Positions 44,990-53,426 of a stretch of 61,116 bases of DNA are shown here, piece after piece; position 1 is the first letter of the stretch; each line of letters starts with the position of its first letter. The DNA comes from Elusimicrobiota bacterium. Its GTDB lineage: Bacteria > Elusimicrobiota > Endomicrobiia > Endomicrobiales > JAPLKN01. The stretch is taken from contig JAPLKN010000074.1 in the NCBI GenBank assembly GCA_026388075.1, positions 1 through 61,116 of the forward strand, read 5' to 3'. The notes beneath the pieces are model-generated. The model had not been told where the DNA came from, did not search any database, and was given only the letters and a program-made list of their open reading frames with translations. A program made the position numbers and the translations under genes.

Positions 44990-47926
44990 TTAGGCAACTT
45001 CGTTATATGACGGAATTGTAAACAAAAATTTTGAACCCCTGCCGGTATCGCTTTCAACCCAAAAGTTTCCTTTATGAAGCTCAATCAACACCTTGCAGAG
45101 CGCAAGGCTAACCGGCACCAGCCTGGATAAAATTGAATCGTTCGGATAAAATTTGTCAAATATCCTGTAATGCTCGCTTTTGGGAATGCCTATCCCGTTG
45201 CTGGAAATCCCGAATAAAACATTTTCTCCCTGAACGGAACCGGAAATTTCCACTATCCCTCCGTCAAGGGCAAGCTTGGAACAATTAAGCAAAAGATTAC
45301 TAAATATCTTAATAACTTCATCTTTATCAGCAGAAATTGCGGGCAAAGAAGCCGGAATATTTAATCTTAAATCAAGCCTTTTCGGTTCAACTTCGGAATA
45401 AAATGTTTCTCTGGCTTTTTCTATTATTTCGTTTATTTTTATCGGCTTTAAATTCAGTTTAGATTGCCCTGATTCAAATTTTGTGATCTCAATAAAATTT
45501 GTTACAAGCATTCCCAGCTTTTCCATAGACTGATAAGATATTTTTAGAAATTTTTCCTGTTGTGGATTAATTACTCCTGCTCTTCCGCTCAAAACAGTTT
45601 TAACAAAGCCTTCTGTGGCAAGCAGGGGAACGCTTATATCATTTGAAATCATTGCAATGAATTCGTTTTTAGCCTGGTTAAGCCTCTCAAGCTCGCCATA
45701 AGCTTTTTTTATGGAATCGTAGAGGTTTGCATTATCAATAATTACCGCGGCCTGAGTAAGAACGAGGTCAGCAAGTTTTAGACTATCCACATTATAATAA
45801 TTCCCTTCCTTCTTTCCTATAATGAAAATTCCAATCGTTCCGCTTTCCGCTTTTAGAGGCACAATTATTAATGAATTCATCCCCTGAAACAAATTTTCCT
45901 GCTTTTTTATGCGGGCGTCCTCTTGAGTATTTTTGCTTAAAAAAGCTTCTCCCGAAAGAAATGTTTTTAAGATTATGCTGTTTTCATCATCAACTGATAT
46001 TCCGTGCAATATATTCAAGTTATTTTTATCAAAATAAATATCTTGAGGTATGAATTTTTTATTTTTTTCATCGTACATTAAAAGCTGGGTCAAATCAGCT
46101 TCAAAAGCCTTTTTTATCGTTGTAATAACTTTTTCAAATATTTTTAAAGAAACCGGTTCGCTGGATATCGTGCTGGAAATATCTTTAAATACCGTTAGAT
46201 CATGCACAGTATTTGCAAGTTCCTTGTTTAATTTTATGCTTTCAACAGAACCGGCTATTCTGTCGGCAAGAAGCTCCATTAGGCTTACATCTTCCTGAAT
46301 AAAGCTTCCCCCGATTTTATTTCCAACCGCAAAAATCCCAAGGGGTTTTTGGGATGGATTAATCAAGGGTGTAAGAATTATTGAGTTTAAGTTTATAATT
46401 CCATTAAGAAAACTAAGCGAATTATTGGACTGGGAAGGATTGTTCGACATATAACTTTTCCCTTCTTTGATTGTTGAATCCATGATATCAAATTCATTTA
46501 TTTTTAAGCTTCGCGCTATTTTTTCGTCACTAATGCCGAAAAAAGGAATGGAAGGCATTAAACTTTCCGTTTGTTCTTGATACAAGAAAAAACCGGCGTA
46601 CTCCACAGACAGCATGCTTTTCACTTTCTCGCTAACCATTGCAAATATATCTTTAATATCGCTGGTAACAGCAGCAAGAATTACTATATCGGAAAGGGCT
46701 TTCATATTGTTTGCTTTATTTATCAAGCGCGAATTGGTATTAAGAAGTTCTTTTGTAACAATAGAGATTTCCATTTCAAGCCGCCGGTTCAAAGTATTGA
46801 TCTTGTTAAAAAGCTCAAAATTCTGAAGCGCGGTAAACAAATATTCGGAAAATGTGGAAAATATTTCCATTTTTTCTTTTGTAAAATATCCTTTTTCTTT
46901 GTTTGAGACATTCAAAATACCGAGACACCTGCCTTCGCCGATTATTGGAATATATACAAAAGATTCTATGCCTTCTTCACCCATAGCGTCTTTTACATAT
47001 TTAGAATCACATTCTTTGATGTCGTTAAAAATTATTGTTTCTCTGCTTGAAAAAGCCTTTCCGATAAAACCTTCATTTTCTTTCAGCTTTATACTATCTA
47101 AAAAATCAGTAAAAAAGCCGCTTTGCGCGCGTATTTTGAAAAACCCGTCATCTCCAAGCGTTACAATTGCACATGAAACACCTTCGAATTTGCCTGTGAT
47201 AAGTCCTATGACTCTGTTGAATATTTCATTTAGCTCGGTATTAGATTTAAGCGTTTTTGAAATGGAAAAAAGCAAATTAAGCAGCGCGTTTGTATTTGCG
47301 TATTTTTCTTTTATTGAATTAAGTTTAGCGGAAAGAGTTTTCCAGCGGGCGCTGGTAACTTTAAATTTGAAGTTTGCAATTTCTTTATTATCTGTATTTT
47401 CAAAAAAGTCAGTAAACTTTGAAATAAATCCGATTAGACTTTTACGAAAATACAGGTACGGAATATAGGATATAAGAATAGCCCATAGGATAAAAAAACC
47501 TAAAGTAAAATAAAGATTTTTTCCGCCGGTCAGAACCCTTAAGATATGCTCGTATCCCGGCCCAATTTCAAACCATCCGATTATTGAGTCGGCAGTTTTA
47601 ATTTGAAATTTGACCGTTATAAATTCAAGGAGTTCATCCGGCGCAAATTTCCTTAGTTCAGAGAGCTTTTCGCCTTTTGAATTGATTACTAGAACAGAAT
47701 TTACCCGGTTTCTTATAAAAAATTTATTTGCAATACCTCTTATTTCATTTTTAGGTTTTTCTTCTTTCATTAAACTTGCTAAATCCGTAACTACAGGATA
47801 GACTACGTATTCAAAATGTTTCTTAAGAACAAGTTTAAGGAAAAAATTGCCGCTGAAAAAGAAAACAGCGGTAATGCATAGAAAAATTACAAAAAAAACA
47901 ATAATATTTTTAGAAAAATATCTCAT
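44990..47926 (-). CDS. Membrane-anchored multi-GAF protein with a degenerate histidine-kinase module (no phospho-acceptor His; G1/G2 boxes eroded).
   Basis: Two N-terminal TM segments and at least three GAF-like segments. The H-box reads NEFIAMISNDISVPL instead of xFxAxxSHELRTPL, with the Asn codon at 45641-45643. The N-box NLLLNCSK is present, G1 reads SSNGIGI (D to N), and G2 reads VPVSLAL instead of GxGLGL. Confidence 0.75.
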   Translation of the reverse strand: MRYFSKNIIVFFVIFLCITAVFFFSGNFFLKLVLKKHFEYVVYPVVTDLASLMKEEKPKNEIRGIANKFFIRNRVNSVLVINSKGEKLSELRKFAPDELLEFITVKFQIKTADSIIGWFEIGPGYEHILRVLTGGKNLYFTLGFFILWAILISYIPYLYFRKSLIGFISKFTDFFENTDNKEIANFKFKVTSARWKTLSAKLNSIKEKYANTNALLNLLFSISKTLKSNTELNEIFNRVIGLITGKFEGVSCAIVTLGDDGFFKIRAQSGFFTDFLDSIKLKENEGFIGKAFSSRETIIFNDIKECDSKYVKDAMGEEGIESFVYIPIIGEGRCLGILNVSNKEKGYFTKEKMEIFSTFSEYLFTALQNFELFNKINTLNRRLEMEISIVTKELLNTNSRLINKANNMKALSDIVILAAVTSDIKDIFAMVSEKVKSMLSVEYAGFFLYQEQTESLMPSIPFFGISDEKIARSLKINEFDIMDSTIKEGKSYMSNNPSQSNNSLSFLNGIINLNSIILTPLINPSQKPLGIFAVGNKIGGSFIQEDVSLMELLADRIAGSVESIKLNKELANTVHDLTVFKDISSTISSEPVSLKIFEKVITTIKKAFEADLTQLLMYDEKNKKFIPQDIYFDKNNLNILHGISVDDENSIILKTFLSGEAFLSKNTQEDARIKKQENLFQGMNSLIIVPLKAESGTIGIFIIGKKEGNYYNVDSLKLADLVLTQAAVIIDNANLYDSIKKAYGELERLNQAKNEFIAMISNDISVPLLATEGFVKTVLSGRAGVINPQQEKFLKISYQSMEKLGMLVTNFIEITKFESGQSKLNLKPIKINEIIEKARETFYSEVEPKRLDLRLNIPASLPAISADKDEVIKIFSNLLLNCSKLALDGGIVEISGSVQGENVLFGISSNGIGIPKSEHYRIFDKFYPNDSILSRLVPVSLALCKVLIELHKGNFWVESDTGRGSKFLFTIPSYNEVA

Positions 47927-47934
47927 TTATTTGC

Positions 47935-47974
47935 AGTCAAAAACAACAAAATAACCCCGTACTAAATACGAGGT
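47935..47974 (-). terminator. Possible intrinsic terminator or attenuator after the DnaA-like gene.
   Basis: Minus strand reads ACCTCGTA-tttag-TACGGGGT (8 bp including one G-U) followed by TATTTTGTTGTTTTT. It lies only ~10 nt before the HK start, so its role is uncertain. Confidence 0.3.
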
Positions 47975-48004
47975 TTAATTTTTATCGATAAAACGATAAA
48001 ATGC

Positions 48005-49789
48005 TCATCCTCTTTTCCGCACCAATGTAATATCTAATGCTAAATGCAGATATCTGGAATCTTTGGTCAAATCTTCCCATTGAATCAGCTGAAGCGCGAT
48101 TTTTTCTCCGTTCAGCAAAGTCATAAGCAAATCGCCGAATTCCCCCGCTTCGGAAACAGAAGCTGTCGGAGGACCCAAAACAACGGCTATATCGATTTTT
48201 TTTATTTTGCAGGTTTCAGCAAAAAAAGCATATTTCATCTTTGGACCGAAAGTATAAGTTTGTTCAAAAGCGCTTTCAAGTTTGAATTTTAGTTTATGTT
48301 TCCGAATAATAGAATTAAATTGCTCTTTCACGGTCAGAAGTTCTTTCATCTTTCCTTCAGGATAGAAAAATGCCGCTTTTACCGTATCAACCACAACTTC
48401 GGTTTCAGGAGTGTAAAAAGAAGTCGTTTTACTTGCCTTTTCGCCAAACGCTTTTCCTCTATCTCTTATAGGAATTCCTGGTCTGGGAGGTATATAAGGG
48501 GGTACATTTGGTTTAAAAGGTTCTTGAGGCGGCGGTACCGGACTTTCAGGTTTAGTTTCCGTGGCAGATTCAGTTTCTTCAGAAGAAATTTGAGCTTGTT
48601 CCTGAGCTTCCGGAGAAACCATATCTGACATAAGGCTTTTAACAATATCTAATGTTATTGCCTGCTGTATTAAAGAAGCGTAGGCGCTGATTCTTTTTAA
48701 GAAACCCTCAAGTTCACGAACATTAGATTTTAGAGTTGAGGCAATGTAATAAAGTATATTGTCGTCAAGATCAATGTTGTTTAGTATCATTTTCTTTTTC
48801 AATATAGCTAGACGGGTTTCAAGGCTGGGAGGCTTTATATCCGCTATAAGTCCCCATTCAAACCGGCTCCTAAGCCTGTCTTCAAGTGTATTAAGCTTTT
48901 TAGGATGGCGGTCCGATGTAAGAATAATCTGTTTTCCCGCTTGATGCAGGGAATTAAATACATGGAAAAACTCTTCTTGGGTAGATTCGGATTCAGACAA
49001 AAACTGAACGTCATCCACCAGAAACGAATCTATATTTTTATAGTTTTCCCGCATTTCTTGAAGTTTGCCCGTTCGTATTCCTTCAATAACTTCGCTCATA
49101 AATTTTTCGGCCGTCACATACATTATCGTATAGTCTTCGCTATTTTGAAGCACATAATGCCCGACTGCCTGCATCAAATGCGTTTTTCCAAGGCCAACCC
49201 CTCCATAAATAAAAAAAGGATTATAAACTTTACCAGGCCCGTCAGAAACCGCTCTTGCTGCCGCCGCTGTAAACCTGGAATTAGGGCCTATAACAAACTG
49301 TTCAAATGTGTAAAGGGGATTAAGCCTCAGCGAATTTTCCGCAAAAGGGCCCGAGCGTTTTATCGCTTTTTTTTCGGTAGTTTTGGCAGGTTCGGTTTTC
49401 TTTTCCGGTATTTCTTGAGTTTCTTCAGGAGTTTCTTTATTAGTTTCCGATGAGTCTTCTGAAATAATGCCCTCAGCAGAGACCCCTTCTTCTTGGGTCT
49501 CTTTTTGTCCGGAAATATCCTCTTTTTGCTCAGTTTTTACCAATTTTCCCTCGCCAAACCTGGTTTTAAGAAGGGTTTCTATCTTTTCAAGAAGGTCGTC
49601 TTCCACTCCGTAAAGATAAACAGTATAGGTATAATCTTCATCCTCCGAAAGAAACGGTCCGCCAATACTTAAAGGAATTTCTTTTAAAAGGTCATCAAAC
49701 TCGTCTTCATTCAAAGAAATTTTTAAAAGCCACCTCTTTTCGTCTTTTTCAGACGGGGAATGCGCTAAATACCATTTTTTATGTGCCAT
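48005..49789 (-). CDS. DnaA-like AAA+ ATPase paralog. Domain III is intact, domain IV (the DNA-binding domain) is absent, and both N- and C-terminal domains are novel.
   Basis: Walker A GGVGLGKTHL. Walker B FLVDDVQF. Sensor I ILTSDR. Box VII RLRSRF. Sensor II SNVRELEG. After residue ~390 the sequence is an acidic/Pro-rich linker (..PVPPPQEPFKPNVPPYIPPRPGIP..) followed by an unrelated ~135-aa domain. No DnaA signature (..IGxxFGxRDHTTV..) is present. Confidence 0.8.
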   Translation of the reverse strand: MAHKKWYLAHSPSEKDEKRWLLKISLNEDEFDDLLKEIPLSIGGPFLSEDEDYTYTVYLYGVEDDLLEKIETLLKTRFGEGKLVKTEQKEDISGQKETQEEGVSAEGIISEDSSETNKETPEETQEIPEKKTEPAKTTEKKAIKRSGPFAENSLRLNPLYTFEQFVIGPNSRFTAAAARAVSDGPGKVYNPFFIYGGVGLGKTHLMQAVGHYVLQNSEDYTIMYVTAEKFMSEVIEGIRTGKLQEMRENYKNIDSFLVDDVQFLSESESTQEEFFHVFNSLHQAGKQIILTSDRHPKKLNTLEDRLRSRFEWGLIADIKPPSLETRLAILKKKMILNNIDLDDNILYYIASTLKSNVRELEGFLKRISAYASLIQQAITLDIVKSLMSDMVSPEAQEQAQISSEETESATETKPESPVPPPQEPFKPNVPPYIPPRPGIPIRDRGKAFGEKASKTTSFYTPETEVVVDTVKAAFFYPEGKMKELLTVKEQFNSIIRKHKLKFKLESAFEQTYTFGPKMKYAFFAETCKIKKIDIAVVLGPPTASVSEAGEFGDLLMTLLNGEKIALQLIQWEDLTKDSRYLHLALDITLVRKRG

Positions 49790-49806
49790 TTTTCAACCCT
49801 CAAAAT

Positions 49807-50469
49807 TTATTTCCCTGATATAATCTGAATTGCTCGGGATGTCCCTATTCTAGTTGCCCCGGCCAAAATCATTTTTATCGCTTCACAATATTTGGCAATT
49901 CCGCCCGAAGCTTTTATTCCGGGATAATTACCTACGGTTTTTTTCATCAGTTTTACTGCTTTTATGCTTGCTCCTTTTGAAGAAAATCCTGTTGATGTTT
50001 TTACAAAATCAACCCCGGCTTTTTTGGTGATTTTGCATAATTTCATTATTTCGTTTCTGTTGAGATAACTGGTTTCAAGAATAATTTTAAGTATTTTTCC
50101 TTTGGAAATCCGCCTTAAATATCGGATTTCTTTGGTCGCATATTCATAATCATTTGATTTGATTTTTCCGATATTAATAACTGCGTCTAATTCATCCGCC
50201 CCGTCTTTAATGGCTTCCTTTGCTTCAAAAACTTTTACTTTCGTTGCGGAAGTTCCTAGCGGGAAACCGATAACAGTGCAAACTTTAACCAGAGAATTTT
50301 TTAAAAGCTTCGCGCAGAATTTTACCCAGCACGGATTTACACAAACTGATTTAAAACCAAATTTATCCGCTTGTTTACATATGGTCTTAATCTGGTTCTG
50401 AGAAGCGTCGGCCTTCAAAAGAGTATAGTCAATAAAATGAGCAAGATCCTGCGGACGTATTTTTTTCAT
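49807..50469 (-). CDS. deoC: Deoxyribose-phosphate aldolase.
   Basis: ..IDYTLLK.., ..VCVNP.., ..DELDAVINIG.., Schiff-base region VDFVKTSTGF, ..IKASGGI.. Confidence 0.92.
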   Translation of the reverse strand: MKKIRPQDLAHFIDYTLLKADASQNQIKTICKQADKFGFKSVCVNPCWVKFCAKLLKNSLVKVCTVIGFPLGTSATKVKVFEAKEAIKDGADELDAVINIGKIKSNDYEYATKEIRYLRRISKGKILKIILETSYLNRNEIMKLCKITKKAGVDFVKTSTGFSSKGASIKAVKLMKKTVGNYPGIKASGGIAKYCEAIKMILAGATRIGTSRAIQIISGK

Positions 50470-50500
50470 TAGAAACAGTCAATATGCTGCATCATCATGC

Positions 50501-50953
50501 TCATTTGCAGCAGTTTTTTTCAATTTCGCTGATTTGTTGAATTCTATTTATATGCCTTTTTTCAGTGCTGTGAGGAGTATCAATCCAGATTTTTATCCAC
50601 TTTATCAAGTCTTTTGTATCGGCAAAACGGCCGGGCAAACAAATAATATTTGCCATGTTATGCTTTGAAATTAAGGAAGCTATTTCATCTGCCCAGCAAC
50701 AAGCTGCTCTAACACCTTTAAATTTGTTTGCAGCTATAGACATGCCTACCCCGGTGCCGCAAATGAGTATTCCCCTTTCGGCATCTCCCTTGGAAACAGC
50801 GTCAGCAACTTTTTTCGCTATAGGAGTATAGTCGCAGCTTTCCGCGCAGTCGCATCCAAAATCCAAAACGGAATATTTCTCCTTTTTCAAAAAATCCAAG
50901 ATCAAAGCCTTGTGTGCGTACCCCGCGTGATCACAACCAAATATAATTTTCAT
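50501..50953 (-). CDS. rpiB: Ribose-5-phosphate isomerase B.
   Basis: MKIIFGCDHAGY.., ..GILICGTGVGMSIAANK..GVRAA.. 150 aa. Confidence 0.92.
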   Translation of the reverse strand: MKIIFGCDHAGYAHKALILDFLKKEKYSVLDFGCDCAESCDYTPIAKKVADAVSKGDAERGILICGTGVGMSIAANKFKGVRAACCWADEIASLISKHNMANIICLPGRFADTKDLIKWIKIWIDTPHSTEKRHINRIQQISEIEKNCCK

Positions 50954-50960
50954 AATTTTT

Positions 50961-51542
50961 TTACAAAATATAAACAGAATCTCCGTTTTTTAATCCTGCC
51001 GAATTTGCTTCGTCAGTATCTAAATGGCATTCCAATGACATTTTGTCGCTTACTCTTGATACAACGTTATCAAAAATAAGACCCCGGTCCCCCGGACATT
51101 TTATCTTTATAACCTGATTATTGCTTACTCCTAAACGTTTTGCATCGGTTGTTGTCATATGCACATGCCGTTTTGCAATTATGCACCCTTCTTTTAAGTC
51201 TATCTCGCCTTTAGGTCCAATAATTTTTAGAGGTGCTGAGCCGGCAATATTCCCGGAAATTCTTAGCGGGGCATCTATTCCCAGATTTATGCTGTCGGTT
51301 ACAGAAATTTCCACCTGAGTTGCGCTCCGAACCGGCCCTAAAATTCTGACATTTTCAAGTTGTCTTTTTTTCCCGACAATTGTTACAGTTTCTTGGCAAG
51401 AATGTTCTCCGGGCTGCATTAAATCTTTCAGTTTTGTAAGCTTATATCCCTTGCCGAAAAGTATTTCAAGGTCAGACGAACTAAGATGCACATGCCTATT
51501 TGAAACATTTGCTAATATTTTTCTATTTTCAGCGTTGTCCAT
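50961..51542 (-). CDS. pduL: PduL-type phosphate acyltransferase (phosphotransacetylase/propanoyltransferase).
   Basis: Duplicated motif SNRHVHLSSSDLEILFG.. and ..IIAKRHVHMTTTDAKRLGV.., plus ..ECHLDTDEANSAG.. Confidence 0.88.
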   Translation of the reverse strand: MDNAENRKILANVSNRHVHLSSSDLEILFGKGYKLTKLKDLMQPGEHSCQETVTIVGKKRQLENVRILGPVRSATQVEISVTDSINLGIDAPLRISGNIAGSAPLKIIGPKGEIDLKEGCIIAKRHVHMTTTDAKRLGVSNNQVIKIKCPGDRGLIFDNVVSRVSDKMSLECHLDTDEANSAGLKNGDSVYIL

Positions 51543-51658
51543 TTTACCCCGTTAGAAATAGCCTAACTTCTGTTAATATATTAATTATTGAAAAATTTAT
51601 ATACAATATCTTTAGTTGATGATTCTTCTTATAATCTAACTATTTCTAACGGGGTAAA
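51543..51658. repeat. Family A element A3. Arms are 19 bp and perfect (TTTACCCCGTTAGAAATAG / CTATTTCTAACGGGGTAAA), with a 78-nt AT-rich loop.
   Basis: 51543-51561 is the exact reverse complement of 51640-51658. It fills the whole tpiA-pduL spacer, with one arm abutting the pduL ATG and the other ending 1 nt from the tpiA stop. Confidence 0.92.
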
Positions 51659-51659
51659 C

Positions 51660-52418
51660 TTATGCATATTTTATTATTTTGGTGAATGAATCAATTTCTA
51701 AGCTTGCGCCGCCGACAAGTCCGCCGTCAATATTTGGCTGTTTCATAAGCTCGGAAATGTTATCGGGCTTCATTGAACCGCCGTATAAAATTCTGATGCT
51801 TTCCGACGCCTCGTTTCCATACATATTTCCGTACAGTTTGCGTATATAAGCATGCACTTCCTCAGCCTGCTGGGGAGTAGCCGTTTTTCCTGTACCTATT
51901 GCCCAAACAGGCTCATAGGCAATCACCAATATTTTTGACTGATCGGAATTTAATCCTGCCAAACCGTTTTTAACTTGTCTTTCTATAACCTGCATTGTAA
52001 TGTTTTTTTCTCTTTCAGAAAGACTTTCTCCAACACATACAATAGGTATAAGCCCGGCAGAAAATGCTGATTTCATTTTTTTGTTCACAGATTCGTCAGT
52101 TTCGCCGAAATATTGTCTTCGTTCGGAATGCCCAATTATCACGTATTTACAACCAGCATCAACCAGCATATTTGGAGCTATCTCTCCCGTAAAAGCTCCT
52201 TTTGCTTCCCAGAAAAGATTTTGAGCACCAAGTTTTATATTTGAATCCTTTATGTTTTGAGAAACCGCGTATAACGAAGTAAACGGAGGGCAAACCAAAA
52301 TTTCTCTATCTGAAACACTTGAACAACTTTTTTTCAGACCGTTGACCAATTCCAAAGCCTCAGGAATCGTTTTAAACATTTTCCAGTTGCCTGCCAACAA
52401 AGGTTTTCGTTTTCCCAT
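51660..52418 (-). CDS. tpiA: Triose-phosphate isomerase.
   Basis: ..LLAGNWKM.., ..IIGHSERR.., ..IAYEPVWAIGTG.., ..ILYGGS.. The track start at 52445 is GTG. The ATG at 52418 (MGKRKPLLAGNWKM) follows AAAGGGG. Confidence 0.93.
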   Translation of the reverse strand: MGKRKPLLAGNWKMFKTIPEALELVNGLKKSCSSVSDREILVCPPFTSLYAVSQNIKDSNIKLGAQNLFWEAKGAFTGEIAPNMLVDAGCKYVIIGHSERRQYFGETDESVNKKMKSAFSAGLIPIVCVGESLSEREKNITMQVIERQVKNGLAGLNSDQSKILVIAYEPVWAIGTGKTATPQQAEEVHAYIRKLYGNMYGNEASESIRILYGGSMKPDNISELMKQPNIDGGLVGGASLEIDSFTKIIKYA

Positions 52419-52457
52419 TATTTTCCCCTTTATGCCACCCGCCACTTCGGCGGACTG

Positions 52458-53318
52458 CTATTCCTTCCTATGTTTAAATGCCAAAGATTTCAGTAATGAT
52501 TCTTCCGAATGCATTAAACTGAAATGATTAATGTTGTGTTCATAAAGATACGTCAATGCTGGTATTCTCTGGGACCGCGGGATGATTATTTTGACGAAGT
52601 TATCGCTTCCATCTTCCCTAAAAAAGTGTTCATAATCGTAGATTACATGTTCCTTTTCTAGCGAGTCGTAGATATAAGCCAGAGTATACCATGCCTGCTG
52701 TAGATAATGGCGCTCATGCGTTCTAGTATCAGGCCCCCCTATAATACGAATTTGTGGCCTACTGGATGGACTATTATCCAATTCTATTCCCGGATTTGGT
52801 AGAGGTTCAATATAAGCATATATTGCTACGCAGTCAGCCTCTTTTTGTTCCTCAAACGCAAAAAAGGCTGCTACGTACGGTGATGCACTCCAGTCAAGTA
52901 AAGGGGATGGGAATCCGTTGTGACGCATATATATCCAGAATTCGAGAAATGGTATTTTGATGATTGATTCAGGATGTCGTGTTGTAAAAACTTTATTGTA
53001 TTCGGTTTTCCATTCTTTGTCATTTGGTAAATTCCAATTAAATTTCGTAAATGACTCAATTTCTGATGAGCACCTTTGTAAAAATCCTGCATACTCGCAC
53101 ACACTCCAGGGATTATTCGGAGAATATCTTTCTAGTGTGGTTGAAAGCTTGTATTTGCCATCTGCCAAGCCGCGGTAAAATACGAGGTGTTCATTTTGAT
53201 AGTCCCCGGCTGGAGTGAAACCATATTTATTTTTGATGTATTTGATCTTATCATTAAACTCATCCCAAATCTTGATTGTTATTTCTTCGAGCATATCTTT
53301 CTCCTGAATTCTTTCCAC
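52458..53318 (-). CDS. FRG-domain protein of unknown function, positioned in the defence island.
   Basis: ..LVFYRGLADGKYKLSTTLER.. (F/YRG motif) and ..MRHNGFPSPLLDWSASPYVAAFFAF.. (matches the QHxGxPTRLLDWTxSPxxAxYFA core of the FRG domain). Lies immediately downstream of the R-M pair. Confidence 0.7.
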   Translation of the reverse strand: MERIQEKDMLEEITIKIWDEFNDKIKYIKNKYGFTPAGDYQNEHLVFYRGLADGKYKLSTTLERYSPNNPWSVCEYAGFLQRCSSEIESFTKFNWNLPNDKEWKTEYNKVFTTRHPESIIKIPFLEFWIYMRHNGFPSPLLDWSASPYVAAFFAFEEQKEADCVAIYAYIEPLPNPGIELDNSPSSRPQIRIIGGPDTRTHERHYLQQAWYTLAYIYDSLEKEHVIYDYEHFFREDGSDNFVKIIIPRSQRIPALTYLYEHNINHFSLMHSEESLLKSLAFKHRKE

Positions 53319-53426
53319 GGTTTATGGAACGCTTCTAGTTTCGGTACGTAGTTTTATTAACTCTGCCTTTTTTTGTAAATTTATTAAAACTTTTCTTTTT
53401 TCTGGGCACCACAAGGTCGCTTATGG

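Noticed and set aside
48005-49789. Calling this gene dnaA and the neighbourhood the replication origin.
   Set aside because: Domain IV and the DnaA signature are absent. The flanking spacers (47927-48004, 49790-49806) are tiny, and I found no TTATCCACA-like box clusters in them.
20586-52445. The extended N-termini given by the ORF track for the TolC-like gene (20586), rlmD (28097), pfkB (36312) and tpiA (52445).
   Set aside because: These starts are TTG or GTG codons without an SD. In each case an internal ATG or GTG 12-27 nt downstream has a well-spaced GGAGG-like SD and restores the canonical protein N-terminus.
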